DNA of 64,000 nucleotides, taken from assembly GCA_951804945.1 (NCBI GenBank), contig OX638151.1, forward strand, positions 95,294,001 through 95,358,000, read 5' to 3'. The notes under the pieces are model-generated. The model had not been told where the DNA came from. It made no database searches and saw only the letters and a list, made by a program, of their open reading frames with translations. The position numbers and the translations under genes were made by a program. This DNA is from Podarcis cretensis (taxonomy: Eukaryota). Below are positions 47,566 through 61,446 of this stretch, piece by piece. The stretch's first letter is position 1. Each line of letters starts with the position of its first letter.

Positions 47566-50493
47566 TAATTTGGAAGTTAAGTGCTGAGAAATGTGATTTC
47601 CACAAAACTGAAGCTTTATCGCGAGGGAAGACATTGGGGTCCTCTGGATAAAATACTAACGATCACTTCGTGTTCTGTTTATTTCATATTAAGATATTTA
47701 TTATCATTTCAACACCAAATACTAAATCCATAACATTCAATTCACACATTTAAATAAATTAAAACCAAATCTCTCTCGCTCTCTCATACACACACAGTCT
47801 CTCTCTCAATCTATGTAACATGCTAAGATGATCATTTGGAAAGGCAGGTTTCCAGTGAAATCTCCTATTCAGGTACCATGGGGCTTAAACACAACAACTT
47901 TGGATTTCTTCCCCTAGCTAGACCGCAGTGCATTGAATTGCCATATATCTGCCAAATTATGCACAAAAGTCATCCAAGCCTCTTATGCTCCCTTTTGGAC
48001 CACTCAAGCCCATCACTTCTCTCATAGTCCTTTCAAGGAACTCAGACAATCTTGTTCCCACAAGAGCGTCATCAAGCCTCGAACTCGATGACCTAAGTCT
48101 GGCTTTACTTTCATCAGAGTCTCTGACAGAGACAGACTTGCACGCACCTATATTACACATAGGAAATGTAACCTACAGTATTGCCTAGCATATTGCAAAA
48201 TCCTTTATGTTTAAGGAAGCAGTCGGGAGAACGTGAAGGAAGGGACAAATATAGTTACTCAGCTGAGAAGCTGCCCAAGGAGCCAAATGTCACAATTTTT
48301 GATGCATCTCAAGTAATGAAGACCTTGGATTTATGAGTCATTGGAAAGATGGTGTCTGTGGCCTGCAGCAGCGCTACAGAACTGCCAGTGCAATAAAGCC
48401 CAGGTGGAAAAATTGTTGAATGACTCAGCCCTTTTGCCAGCCCTTTCTTAGATGCCTCATATTGATCCTTGATTTGCAGTAGATTCATTGTGACAGAAAT
48501 ATGACTTCAGGGCAAGGAAACCCTGGAGAGCTGCTTCCAGATAACACCGAATACACAATGGTGAGCATGATGGGCTAGTGATATAAGGCAGCTTTCTGAA
48601 ACTGGAAGAACAGGAAGAGGAGTAGGAAGAAAGAGTCAACGGTGTATTGGTAAATATCTGCAGTTGATCGCCCTTGCTGCCCTTTTTGCATCTAAGGGCT
48701 CGTCCACACTTCCCTTTGTCCCATGCCTAAAAAGAACGGGTTCAAGCGGTTTTGCATTTGCTCTGCAGCTGTTCCTGGAAAACATGTTGATTCATTGGTG
48801 CTTTTCACACAACAACTCTCAATTCCATAGAAGGAATCCATAGATGAGGATTGCATTGAACTGACCAAACGAGCCAATCCGTGGCAGCCCTGGTGGGGGC
48901 ATGGCCATTTATTTAGCCCGGCCAACCACTCTGCACAGCATCCAGTCGGCCGAGAGCATCACCCACCCTTCCCCTCCTTTCATTGATTACTGCCCTAACC
49001 GTTTCTTTTCAGCTAGCCGGGCTTTGCTGTGGTCTTCTGATGGTTGCCGTATTCGGAGCTGGGAAGGGATTTCCCCCACTCTGCAGGTTTTGTCTTCCCC
49101 ATAGCACTAGTCACAACTTTGGTGACTTAGGCCTTAGGCAGAATCCTATAGTTTTTCATCCCTGCAGCAGTGTTAACAGGGTACCCTGTCAGAGGAGTCT
49201 GGAGGGAAGTCTCTGTCCAAAGAGCCAAGTGCATAGAGCTTCCCTCAGCATTTGGGGGCCAACCACGTAAACCTGCGTTTTGCGATGGATCCACCACCAA
49301 ATAGACCCTGTCATGCCTCAGTCCTCCTGCAGGGTGCCTGAGAGGAATACCCAACCAGTGCCTATGCCAAAGCTTCCTACATCTGAAAGCTGTGGCTGTT
49401 TAAATCCCAGACAGTTGTTGTGTCCATTCATTTTTACCACTCAGCAGTTAGACACGCCAGGAGCGGGGCAGGACTCTGCGGCTGGGCACGCTATCAGCAT
49501 CACCTGAAATCACCCTTAACCTTACTTCCCCCTCAAACCTCTGTGCAATTAGCTTGCAGCTGTTAATCAACATCCCGGGGGGGGGGGACATTCATTTATT
49601 GCATTCATTTAGCATAGTTATTATCCACACTTCACCAAAGGCCCAGCGCGGTGTGAGTTGCAACGCGTCAAGAAGCAATAAGACAGAATAGACTGTAAAC
49701 GGTTAAAATAGCAACCAACTGATAAATTCGTATGCAGAAAGTAAACAAGCTTTGCACATTCCCCCAAGGCCTGGATTAAAAGAGACACCATGAAAATGAG
49801 CTGCAGTGGTGATGAAAAGAAAAGAAAAGGGTTTATTTAATAGTGTTTGAAACTACAGCGGGTGCAATCCTACTACGGAAGTTGACACAAAACAACTCAT
49901 GGAATTAAAAGAAGCAGTGCTGCAGTCAAAGAAAAGGGCTTTGTAGTTGTATCACACAAGTGTTTGTGTCTGTGTTTGCCAGGTTTTAAGATGTGAAAGG
50001 AATATTAGGCACTTTGTCCTTTAGCTATTGATTCCTCAAGCAGAAAGAGAATTCCAAGTTTACGACCAAGTACATCCTGCATTTCTTTCCACGTATCTAC
50101 AGTCTGTTCCGAACGGCTTCTAAGAAGTGGGAGGTGGCTCCTCCGGGCCAATCAAAGCACACCACAACTTTGCTGGCTTGTTTAAAACAAAATAACACAA
50201 CCCACTGAGTGGCCTCTGCCAACTGCAGTTACATACTTCATTCTTCCATGTCCCCTTACACAGATATGCTGACTGGCTGCCTTGCCTCCCTGGTGTAAAT
50301 AGGTTTTCAAAACCACTTCAGGCCAGGAGAAAGTTAATACATAACAATCCAAGCAGAGAGGCAAACTGTGTTAAGGAAAGCAAACATCAGAAGGCAAGAT
50401 AAAGGAACTTTCAGGCTGCACCACGTTGAACTCAGTTCCATTGAACTTAGTGGGTTCCACTGAACTTGGCAGGCCTTTTTCTCCTGGTCAGCA

Positions 50494-50790
50494 CATAGAA
50501 CAGGAAAATAGAATTATTGAGTTTGAAGGGACCTTGAGGGTCATCAAGTCCAGCCCCCTGCGATGCAGGAATCGCAATTAAAGCATCCATGGCAGAGGGC
50601 TGTCCAACCTCTGCTTTAAAATCTCCAAGGAAGGAGAGTCCACCACCTTACGAGGCAGCCCATTCCACTGTCAAACCTTACCATCAGAAAGTTCTTCCTC
50701 ACGTTAAGTTGAAATCTCCTTTCTTGTAATCAGAAGCCACTGGTTTGGGCTTCAGAGAAGGCGAAAACAAGCTTGCTTCATCTACCATGT
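50494..50790 (-). mobile_element. CR1 LINE 3' fragment
   Basis: GAAGGGACCTTGAGGGTCATCAAGTCCAGCCCCCTG...CCATTCCACTG...AGAAAGTTCTTCCT, a typical reverse-oriented CR1 3' end. Confidence 0.75.
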
Positions 50791-51968
50791 ACAAGGCGGA
50801 CTTCAGTCATCTTTTGTAATATCGTGCCCCCCAAATGAGTCTTCTAAATTATGGGTCTTCTCAATTTTACACCCCCTAGACTCGGTGCCCTATGGAAGGG
50901 AACAACCCACACCACCCTAAATCTGGTGATGCCCTGTGTCAGCCCTTTAGATATTTGAAGATGGCTATCGTATTTCCTCTCAGTCTCCTCTTTTCCATAA
51001 AGATGGCCCAGAATTTCCCCGGCAAACCACTCAGTTATCTATAATTGTTCCATAGCTAATATGTTCACATTTCTTATCGGAAGATGTAGTCCTGATATAA
51101 TGTTGTCATTAACAGGGGCCCCACTCAAGCACCTTCAAATTTACATGACATGAATGGTTCTCTTCCTGCTTTTAATTGTCTGGGTTTGATACTGTTTTTA
51201 TAGTTTGGTTTTGAAACGTGTATCTCGAGGCACATGGACTTTTTGTGTGTGGAGGTGTGTGTGTGTGAGAGAGAGAGAGAGATTGAGAATTTCAGTCAGA
51301 ACTTGAACAGAGCATTACCAAACACTGTTAGGTTCCAGACAAAATACTGAAAGAGCAGCACCTAGTGACAGAATGTGGGGTTTACAAATGGGAGCATTGG
51401 CCTTCTGAAGTGAGAAAGACTGACAACAAATACTGGACCACCACCCCTCCTAAGACTATAGCTGAAATCCTAAGCCAGGAGTGGGGAACCTGTGACCCTC
51501 CAAATGTTGAATTCCAACTCTCATCTGCCCCAGCAAGCATGGTCCATTATCATAGCAGAAAGGAGCTGGGTATGTTTAGCCTGGGAATGAGTCAACACAT
51601 ATTGTCAGTCTCAACCTCCTTCTAAATTGCCAAGTCAACACATATCGTCAACCTCAACTCATTCTAAATTGCCATCAACCCACACCTATTCTTACTCAAT
51701 GAGATCCAGAGGGAGGGGATGGTCATCTGCCATCACGTTACAACTAACAACAAAAGTAGCAAGTGTCAACAAAAGTAGCGAAGGTTTTAGCGAACGGGAT
51801 ATCTCGTCAGGAGTGAGCTTCCTGGCTGCACTCAACTTATCCTTCAGATTAAAGATAACTGCAAGATCTACATCAGAAGGCTTAGTTTGGACAGAAGTGA
51901 ATACACATTTCTTGAGTTAATGCAAAATACATTACTTCTGGTAGATGAGCCTGCCATAGTCTCTACAT

Positions 51969-52220
51969 CAGGGTCAGCCAACTTTTTCAGCAGGGGGCCG
52001 GTCCACTGTCCGTCAGACCTTATGGGGGGCCGGACTATATTTTGAAGGGGGGGGAAATGGACAAATTCCTATGCCCCACAAATAACCCAGAGATGCATTT
52101 AAAATAAAAGGACACATTCTACTCATGTAAAAACACGCTGATTCCTGGACCATCCGCGGACCGGATTTAGAAGGCAGTTGGGCCAGATCCAGCCCCCGGG
52201 CCTTAGTTAGCCTACCAATG
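51969..52220. mobile_element. hAT (Charlie-like) MITE
   Basis: CA...TG termini with degenerate TIRs; 8-bp TSD CTCTACAT / CTCTAGAT. Confidence 0.75.
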
Positions 52221-53849
52221 CTCTAGATGTTCATGATCATTTTTGTACCAGGCTTTTTAGACTCGTCTACCCATGTACTATCTGGAACCAAAGGGGTGTG
52301 TTGGTTGCCGAATGTGAAATATACGTATTTGCATTGTTTTCAACAAGGCCAAGGGGGAATCTGCCCTTAAGAGAGCCGCTTTGAGATTGGGAAATCTTAA
52401 TCAGCAGTTTTGCTAGCCAACTGCAGAGCTCTCTAAGGCACGAATGGTTGGGGAGTCATCCATGCATGTAACATGACACCCGAGAGTCGTAAAGCAATTA
52501 CACTGAGAAGTCCACTTAAGCCTGAGTGATAATGCCTTAAATGTACAGTTAGTCCCCTTGCAATGAGTCAGAGAAGCAGTCAGGTGACATACTGGCATCG
52601 GGTAGGTCTGGTTACAAGGAGAGTGAACTAATCTTTCTTTCTTTCCTAAGGTCAAATCCTTTTTTAAAAAAAGCACTCGGGTGTTATCAAGCATTTACAA
52701 TTGTTTTTGCTCAGTAGCTAGAAATAGACAAAATCTCTTCAGGGAGACAAAATGACCCACTGATGCCTCAACATTTATCAGAAGAAACAGGGCCAGCCCA
52801 GCCTAATAGGGAGCGCTGGTGGTTGTCTGAGGTGTCAGAATGTAAGAGCCACTTATGAACAGAGGGTGTGCCCATGCACTACTCCAGAATCTTGGGACAA
52901 AAAGGGAAATATTGTCTACGTACACACACATACATACACATACACAATTCCCAACTAGAGCCACCTTCCCATGATCTAGACACCTACAAAGCAAAGGCTG
53001 CAGTCAAGAACATCTTTAGTGAGGTGCATATTTAGCATATCTTTGCATATTTGGGTTTGTGAGTATACCATATTCCCTCACTAAAGCTGTTCCTGACAGA
53101 AACACCTTTAGTGAGGGGACACAGTACACTCACAACCCTGTACCAAGTATGAAGAGAGCAGCAAAATACATTTTCACCATATATTTTGAGCCAGGGATTC
53201 CTAACACCATGCCTGTGGACCCACATGAATCCGCAGAGACCTTCCCTAGCAACCAGGGTAGTGCCCTGCTGAAATTAGGCTTTTTGCCAATAAAAGAAAT
53301 TGCAGGGTGTGTGTGGTGCCAACAACAGTTTATTCCATTTTCAAATGTGCCCACAGGCCCAAAGAGGTTCGGAACCCCTGAGGTAACCCTGAACAGAAGT
53401 CCTCTTAAGTCAGGCCTACACAAGTTATGACCCACACTGGCTTGATGCCTGTATTGGGCCAGATGTGATCTTGGCAACCTCTTTGTTTTTTGAAGTCCAA
53501 CTCAGGCAACGAAAACAAGCAAGTTTGTCAATGGTGGATTTCCACAGACAGCTGGAACTGGGTTGCTTTCAGCTGGGTGGAGCATGCATGATGCAGGCCC
53601 CTCTTAAGTGAATTTCAGTGCACCAGCCTTCCGTTAGCAACATATTATCTGAGCCTGGAAGATAAAATTAGACTTCCCAGTGGTAAACACTTGGGACCAG
53701 GCACAAGCCCAATTTTGGCAAGGGCGGGTGGCACTCACTGAGGGGCCTGCAGCGTGCCTAAGCCACGCGTCTCTGGCGCCTGCAGGCTCCATGCTGTTGG
53801 CCCGTTGCCTCCCCCCCCCCCCCGCTGTAGGGCGGCTGAGGCCCCATGG

Positions 53850-54070
53850 TGTGCCCTGTCCCTATGGGTGCGGTGCATCCTGTCCCATCCCTATGGGTGC
53901 CACACACCCTGTCCTGTCCCTCCCTATGGGTGCCATGCACCCCGTCTCATTCCTGATGGACGCCGTGCGTTCCATCCTGTCCCTATGGGCGCCGCACACC
54001 CTGTCACTATGGGTGCCACATGCCCTGCCCCGCCCCTATGGGTAGTTCGCCCTGCCCCTATGGGTGGTTC
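53850..54070. repeat. Degenerate GC-rich minisatellite, core CCCTATGGGTG
   Basis: About 8 imperfect units of roughly 20-30 bp. Confidence 0.8.
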
Positions 54071-54163
54071 ACCCCAGGTGCCCGAGAGGCTTCCTCCACT
54101 GCTGGGCAAGGGGCACATGTGATGCGTTATGGGTGCATTCCCTTCTGGATGGTCCCTGAGAGC

Positions 54164-54253
54164 AAAGCTGTTTGGGGACTACAATTCCCATCATCCCTGA
54201 CCACTGGTCCTGTTAGCTAGGGATGATGGGTGTTGTAGTCCCCAAACAGCTGG
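54164..54253. repeat. Short palindromic interspersed repeat (ACTACAATTCCCATCA...TGATGGG..TTGTAGT family)
   Basis: Near-identical copy at about 26400-26490; decayed copies at about 470, 18110, 25460, 40600 and 62055, and the copy forming the RTE-X target. Confidence 0.7.
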
Positions 54254-55124
54254 AGGGCCAAGTTTGGCCACCACTGCTTTAAAGGAACCATAAGAACAAA
54301 CTACAGAATGAAATTAGTGGTGTTAATGCACATGACCATTAACTCCTGCAGGGACAGCACTGGAGACAACATGTAGACCCATGCATACTTCTTAGGGCTT
54401 TGACTTTGGTGCCACCATTTTGTATATTCTACACAAAACATTAAGAGAATGATCATGTGCACCTTTACTTGGAAATGAGTTCCACTGGACTCCATGGGAC
54501 TTACTTCTGAATAGACATGCATAGGATTACACTTTAATGTTACAGTTTTGTGCACCTTTACCCAGGGGTGCACAATCAAGGGGGATTAAACCTATTACTC
54601 TTACCTATGTGTCTCCACCTTAGATTTTTCCTGATGAGCTCAATCATTTCCACCTGTTACTGATTTCTCGTTGATCTTCCCATTTTCTTGGAATTAAGGC
54701 ACACTGAACGTAGTGAGAATTACTTCTGAGTAAAGATGCATAGAATAGGGCTGCAAGACTATTATTTTGCTTGGAATTGTTGAGTGATGTGAAATATCTA
54801 AGATAAATAGTTCACCCCCCCCCACCCCTTCTGACCTATTACCCATTGAGCATGCATCATTGGAATTGAACGAGAAACTTGATCCGGCATCGCTTCTGCA
54901 GCCTCATGAAATATTGGTACAGCATGTCTGCCAAACATCTATTAATAAACAGCTTTTTTGCCTCTTCCACGGGGCAATGCCACAGCCATTCAAGCCCTCC
55001 TCACGCTTCCTTTGATACTTGGTGGAATTTCAGGGAACTGATCACAGCGATATACCTGGTGATTTATGAAATGTATGCCGTTATGGATGGCCCCTGGTTC
55101 AGGTTCTGGCCTTATTTGCACCTA

Positions 55125-55344
55125 CAGTGGTACCTAAGTACTTAATTCATTCCAGACGTCCGTTCTTAACCTGAAACTGTTCTTAACCTGAAGCACCACT
55201 TTAGCTAATGGGGCCTCCTGCTGCCGCCGCGCTGCTGGAGCACGATTTCTGTTCTCATCCTGAAGCAAAGTTCTTAACCTGAAGCACTATTTCTGGGTTA
55301 GCGGAGTCTGTAACCTGAAGCATATGTAACCTGAGGTACCACTG
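55125..55344. mobile_element. Tc1/mariner-type MITE (CAGTGGTACCTC family)
   Basis: TIRs CAGTGGTACCT / AGGTACCACTG, TA TSD; body very similar to 47343-47565. Confidence 0.85.
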
Positions 55345-56637
55345 TACTTTGAAATGCATACTATGGGGATCAATGGAACTTAGGACAACATGACTCTCAG
55401 TCTGTGGCTTTGCGTATATGCAGAGGGCCCCAGTATTCATGCAGCTGTGAGGTTGCTTTTCAGTGGCGCATTCCCAGCATTAACATCCCTCCAATGTGCA
55501 TGGTGAAAAGTACCATCTATTTTTTTAAAAAATAATAATAATCTTGCAAGCTTTGATGGTGCTTCTCACCATACAGGTTGGAGGGCTGGCTTGGGTGTCC
55601 AAATGACACTCTTCACTGTAAGTATTCTGATACACTCCTTCTCACTGAAGCTGCACAAGTTTGCTTTGATGCATCAGTGTGGTGGCAGTTTTCCACCCTT
55701 TCCTAAAGGATAGGTGCAAGCAGGGCTTCCACACCCCCACCAGCCGGAACTCAGTTCCAGAACCTCTCAGGTGGGCGTCATTGCCATTCTAAGAGAACAA
55801 GGGAGAGGTGTTCATGGTGAGTTCTGGCACCTCTTTGTTTTTTTAGAAAAATAGCAAGTGTTGATCCAACCCAACCATCCTTATTTTCCTGCATCTCTAT
55901 AGAGAGCACAACAATTTGCTGAAGCCTTGGGCCAAGTATCTGCAATCTCAATAAATGGCTTAGCATTCCAGCCACACTCAGCACAGCAATATTCTGAGAG
56001 AGAAATAATTTACGATTTGAATCTAAATCAGGTTACAACAAGCCAGCTTACCGGCATTTTTCTGAGAAACAGAGATCACTGGAGAATGCCTCATGGTGCC
56101 ATCTCAGAGTCTGAAGAGATCAGGCTGTTCTCTTCTAAGATAGTTGGGTGCCTTCTAGGCAGAACAGACCAAACTAAAGCTCCACCTTAAGGTGGCTGAG
56201 ATGTCCCCTTCAAAGCCTTATCCCAGATTATTCCAATGCCCATTGTCTCACTGAAGCTTCCAACCACAGCTTCAAACCCAAAATGAACTCCAGGGCAATT
56301 ACATTTGCAAACAAACAGGACACCACATGGCTCGCATGAAATGTGGACTGCTGCATACATGGCATAAAAAGCATATCTTCAGGCTTTGTAACACCAAAGC
56401 TGGACTTCAGCCACAGCACAAGCTGAGAATCCCTGGAAGCCTTATGAGGGAAAGGATGAGAGCTTTCAAAACTAGTTAACCCTCCTTTCTCTCATCCAGT
56501 GTCCTTTCACTCACTTATTTTCGCTTGTAGTGTTTGTTTTGTTCTGTGGACCAGAGCTTGTGTCTTTATCGGCCTTTGGACCTATACCATTTCTGTTCAT
56601 GTTAGGCACTTTTGGCACAACAAAAGAAAGAGGCAAT

Positions 56638-56852
56638 GAATGGATTCAAATTACAAGAAAGGAGATTCCAACTAAACATTAGGAAGAGCTGATTGACAGT
56701 GGAACGGGCTCCCTCAGGAGATGGTGCACTCTCATTTCCTTGGAGTTTTGAAAGCAGAGGTTGGCTGGCCATCTGTCACGTATAATCTTGTTGAGATTCC
56801 TGCATCGCAGGCGGTTGGACTAGACAACCCTCGGGGTCTTTCCAACCCTACA
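56638..56852 (+). mobile_element. CR1 LINE 3' fragment
   Basis: TTACAAGAAAGGAGATTCCAACTAAACATTAGGAAG...GTTGGACTAGA...TCCAAC; inverted homolog of the 50.5 kb fragment. Confidence 0.75.
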
Positions 56853-59455
56853 TCCAATTCAACATGCATAAACATTACTAGATCATAAAACATTACTTGA
56901 TAGTTTTGACAGCTGTAAACATTCAGACTCCTGTGTGTGTGTTATAATCATCTGCAGTTGTTGTGATACCACATAGCCCGGTCAAGTGTGGCAAAGGCAG
57001 CATGGACCATTCATGGGAGAATGTCATGATCTTCTCAGCCTACTTCAGGATGCATTGTAGTTTGTGACTGAGATTCTAAGGAGCATACACAAACACACCT
57101 TGTTCACTCGACTGCTTACCTCACAGTCCCACCACAAATGCTTTCGCCATGTTTGTCTGCAAGACTTTCAAAGGCTTTAGAGTCTGAGTGCTTGTTAGTG
57201 TGGGACCTCTGCAGGTATATCTTGGGCTGTCTCCTCCAACATTAATCTCCCAGTATGCTGAGATTAACACCCAAGGTTCTTCTCCAGGTGTCCCCAGCAT
57301 TTGGGAAAAAAGAAGAAAAAGGGAGGGTGGCTAAGGCGATGGCCTTTGCAGCTATGGCACCTCAGCTATGGAGTGCTCTCCCTAGGGAGATTTGTCTGTG
57401 CTCACTTTGATGTTATGTTTGTGCCAAATAGGGGTGAGGAAATTCATGCATTTTGGTTTCTCTCAGTTTTGTATTTTCCAAGTGTTAGGTTCATTTCTCT
57501 ACATGTCCACATCAGTTTGTGATTCCTTTCATGCGCGCCCCTTCCCAAAAAAAAAGTCCTCAAGAAAATCCATCAGGACTTCAGTGCAAATTTCTCCTAA
57601 TACACACATTTTTGCATGCAATTTTCCCTAATATACACCATTTTGCAAACCAGGTTTCCCGAATATAAAGTGTTTTTCCATGTCTTTTTCAGCGATCTAT
57701 GCATTTATATGCACAATCGAACCAAGTATATGCATTTTTGTAAAAATTCCCTGACTGGGGAACTGCATTGCAAAAAATCTGGAGAAGTGCAAATTTCGAA
57801 GGATTCAGTTCTCTTATTGTTTTGGAAAGGGTGAATCAGGGAAGTTGATTTATAAATGCTTCACAATACCACTACATACTGCTATGACCTGTGCTCTAGG
57901 GCACTGTGTGAAATTTAAAACAATAGGTGACATCCCAGACCCCACTGCTCCTGCCAGATAAACCCATGGGCAGTGTCAGCACCAGGCCCTGCTTAGGCTT
58001 TGCAGTCCCAGCCGTTGCCTGCAGTTTCTAGATGTTGACAACAGTTCTCCATTGTAGCATATCTGCTAACATTCTGACAAACAAATCAAGGCAGACACAG
58101 ACAAGAGGCTGAGTTCATAAGGAAGATTTATGCTACGTAACACCCTGTGTAAAACTAGTATGTCCACGAAAACAGCGGATTCTGCACAGCCAAATACAGA
58201 ATGAAATGCAACTACAGATTCACTTAAGGCAAATTGGAGACTATGGCAAAGTGAGCTATGTCACCTCCTCTGAAAACAGCCCAAAATACTACCAGCCTCT
58301 TCTCCCCTAACGCTGGCATGCAAAAAGAGATTGTTCACCCTGAGCGAGAACCGTGTCCCTAGGACAAGAAGCCTGCAGCTTTTTGACCATGCCGACAAGT
58401 ACTTGGTAAGAAAAATGCAACACAGAAGACAATGCATCAACAAGCAAGTTATGTGGGAAGTGGCTTCCTAAACCTAACCTCTAGCAATCTCAAAGCCTTT
58501 AGCTCACCTAATGTCAGTCTCTAAAAATACAAGTTCTCTGTAGGTAGTGATAAATCATGATGGGGGAAAATAAATCAGGAAGGACAGCTGTACGCCCTCC
58601 CACTTTTCCTCTTCTTCCATTTGGTATTTATATTCTTAGGATCATATTCAACTTCTCACATTTTTTTCCTACAGTTGCCGTAGGTAGAAAAGCAGATCTG
58701 GGAGTGGAGGGAATTCTATCCAGCATGCTTTAAGGAGAGCCATGTGCAGAGGAGAGCAGTCTGTTTTCAGGCCACTTATAATTATTCCTGAAGAAATCTG
58801 ATAGTCAGGTCTATTCACTGAATGGTTATTGTCAAAACTAATTCAGTAAGCTGACAACGTTGGCACAGTTAGCATTATGGCTATTATTATAGCTCAATCA
58901 CATAAATGCTATTAGATCAATCACTTCCCCTCTCTCCCCCCCTCCCAATTAACTTTAAGATATCCAAGAATGTGCTCTTTAACACTGTTGTAAATCCACA
59001 TGTCCAAAATACCTTCATCTCAGCTTCCCTTTGTGTAAAATTTTGCTCAGTCTAGGATGGCATGGATGGATTTCAGGCACCCACAGGGCCTACTTAGTTT
59101 TGCTTTTCACTTGAACCCTAAGGACTGTCAACCAGAGCCAGATGCAAAATGGAGGATGGAGCAGTGAGGGAATACAACATACTATTACAGTTAAGGAACT
59201 TGGTGCCTCCAAGTTACATGTTCAGCCCAGGAATTTGTTTGCAGTACCAGAACTGAGTTCCAAGTCTCATCACATGCACAAATCCATGCTGGGTTTTCTC
59301 CCCAAGTTTCCTTCATCTCACCAAACTAATTTAAGGTGTGCGGGAGCCTTCTTGTAATTGCAGTTGTTGAACAATTTGGAGAATTCTCATTGATCAAATG
59401 CAAATCATTCAGAGATCTACCAGTGGATTCTCAATCTGCCTTATACCAGATCTAG

Positions 59456-59458
<3 letters not shown>

Positions 59459-59493
<35 letters not shown>
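59459..59493. repeat. (GT)n microsatellite
   Basis: Read directly from the sequence. Confidence 0.95.
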
Positions 59494-59497
<4 letters not shown>

Positions 59498-61211
59498 TGG
59501 TATTTTCAGTTCAGAGAAATGGGTTTTCTCTTCCACTTATATACCATGACTGTTCTGCCTTTAACTATGTCCCCCCCCCCCCGATTTACAATGCTGTTTG
59601 TAAATAAGAGCCTGCTCCCACAAATTCCTAGTAGAGGATTTACTGATCCATCAGAATGGTTACGTTCGTCACAGTCGAAGCAACAGGAACTCAATACCGC
59701 ATCACCTGTTATGGAGTCAACTGATGGGACCTATGCTGAGGACTCTCGAGCAATTGCTTAGTTCCTGGAGGAGCAAGTTGAATTTCCAAAGCATGTCATC
59801 ATGTTAACAGAAGAAGAACATATCTCTTCCAGAAGACAGAACATGCTGGGTTGGTTTACTGTACTCTTCAGTGCCAACTTCCCCAGTCGTGTCTTATAGA
59901 AGCACTTTTTACCCTTATCCGTAAACTGCAAATGTTGTTGTTGTTTTCTTTTATGTAATCATTTTTCAAAAATGTGGGATTAGATCCAAATTTAGCTGTG
60001 AGCAGAAGAGCTCCTTCTGACCACAGAAGGCTTTTGATCCAGTGGAGCGATACCACTGTCAAAAAGGGGAAGAGGTGATTTTCACTGGATCTCCCTAACA
60101 CTGCAGCCCCTGCCCTGCTCTGGAGGTTTCCTCTATTCTCCAGAGCAGATTTTCAGAAGGGGGGAAAGGAATCCATAAAAATCACCTGTCCAGCATCCCC
60201 ACCCGAACTTTTGTTGGAGGAAGCATGGTCTAGAGATCTAAGCCATGGAAAATCAAATCTTACAATGACAATGATTTGAGAATGTGTCAGCCATGCAAAA
60301 ATTCACACTGAAATAAGGCTGAGGCCAACAGGTGTCACAGTGATCACTACTCCTAAGTGTGGGGGCAGTCATTTACAACAAACAGTGAACAGAAGCCCAT
60401 ACTTCCTACTGTGTGGGTTGGATCAGCACAACGGATCTATTATAAATAACCTTTCCGCTCTCAGCTGTCCTGTTCCCAAGAGATGCAAAGTCTATCTTTT
60501 GGAAAGAAGAACTCTTTGCCATAGTTTGGGGTTGCCATATTTCAAAAAGTGAAAATCCAGACAAAAAAATAGTTGGGTGGTTTTTTGTTTTCATTTTTTG
60601 CAAAATCTCAAAAAAAATATGAAGTTTTTGAGCTACTTTGAAGGAATTTTGCCAAAATCTACACTTCCGACATGGGTTGCCATACATCCAGATTTTCCCG
60701 GACATTCAGCGATTTCTGCCTAGCCTCTGTTTCCGACAGCCTAATCCCTGTTATGTCAGGGAAATTCCGGACGCATGTCAACCCTCCTGTAACTCCAATG
60801 TAGGGAAGTCTGTTCCATGGCAGAGGCAGAGTTAGGGGAGCACCAATGGTTCAGCCACACTGGGGGCAAAGCCTTAGGGGCACCTCAGAGGACGCCACAA
60901 CTATTATTTAGAATGGAGTGGGAGAGGCAGCGGGGCGCCAAATTTTGGTGTCGCGCAGGATGCCACTGAAATTTCAGTCCCCAACGTTCGTCACTGGTCA
61001 TGGGTTACAATGAAAGGGCAGCAAGTGCTTGTTTGGTGGAAGCACCAAAGCTCTATCATAGAGCATCTGCTCTGCACTCAGAAAGTCCCAGGTTCATTTC
61101 CATGCATCTCAAGGTAGAGCTGGGAATGACCTCAGCCCCAAACCCTCCAGTCAGTATGGGCAATGCTGAGCTAGATAGACCAGTGGTCTGACTTGGTTCC
61201 CATCTGCTCTG

Positions 61212-61446
61212 TTACATCTAAAGCAGTATCATGTGACTTCCATAACAGCCATAGCTTCCCACAAAGAATCCTGGCAACTGTTAAGGGTGCTGAACATTGT
61301 TAGGAGACCCTTGTTCCCCTCATGAAACCATGCTGGGAACTGTAGCTCTGTGGGGGAACAGAGGTCGCCTAACAATGCTCAGCACCCTTAACAAACTGTG
61401 GCCCCCAGGATACTTTGGGGGGAAGCCATAAATGTTTAAAGTGGTA
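61212..61446. mobile_element. Palindromic non-autonomous element (host of the SINE)
   Basis: Inverted arms GTTAAGGGTGCTGA...TTGTTAGGAGACC versus GGTCGCCTAACAA...TCAGCACCCTTAAC. Confidence 0.65.

Noticed and set aside
51590-51680. Approximately 43-bp tandem duplication considered as a CRISPR-like array
   Set aside because: Only two imperfect adjacent units with no spacers, in eukaryotic DNA.
53680-54220. Overlapping Pro/Cys-rich ORFs (also at 10393-10720 and 26541-26969)
   Set aside because: By-products of GC-rich repeats and the CpG island.
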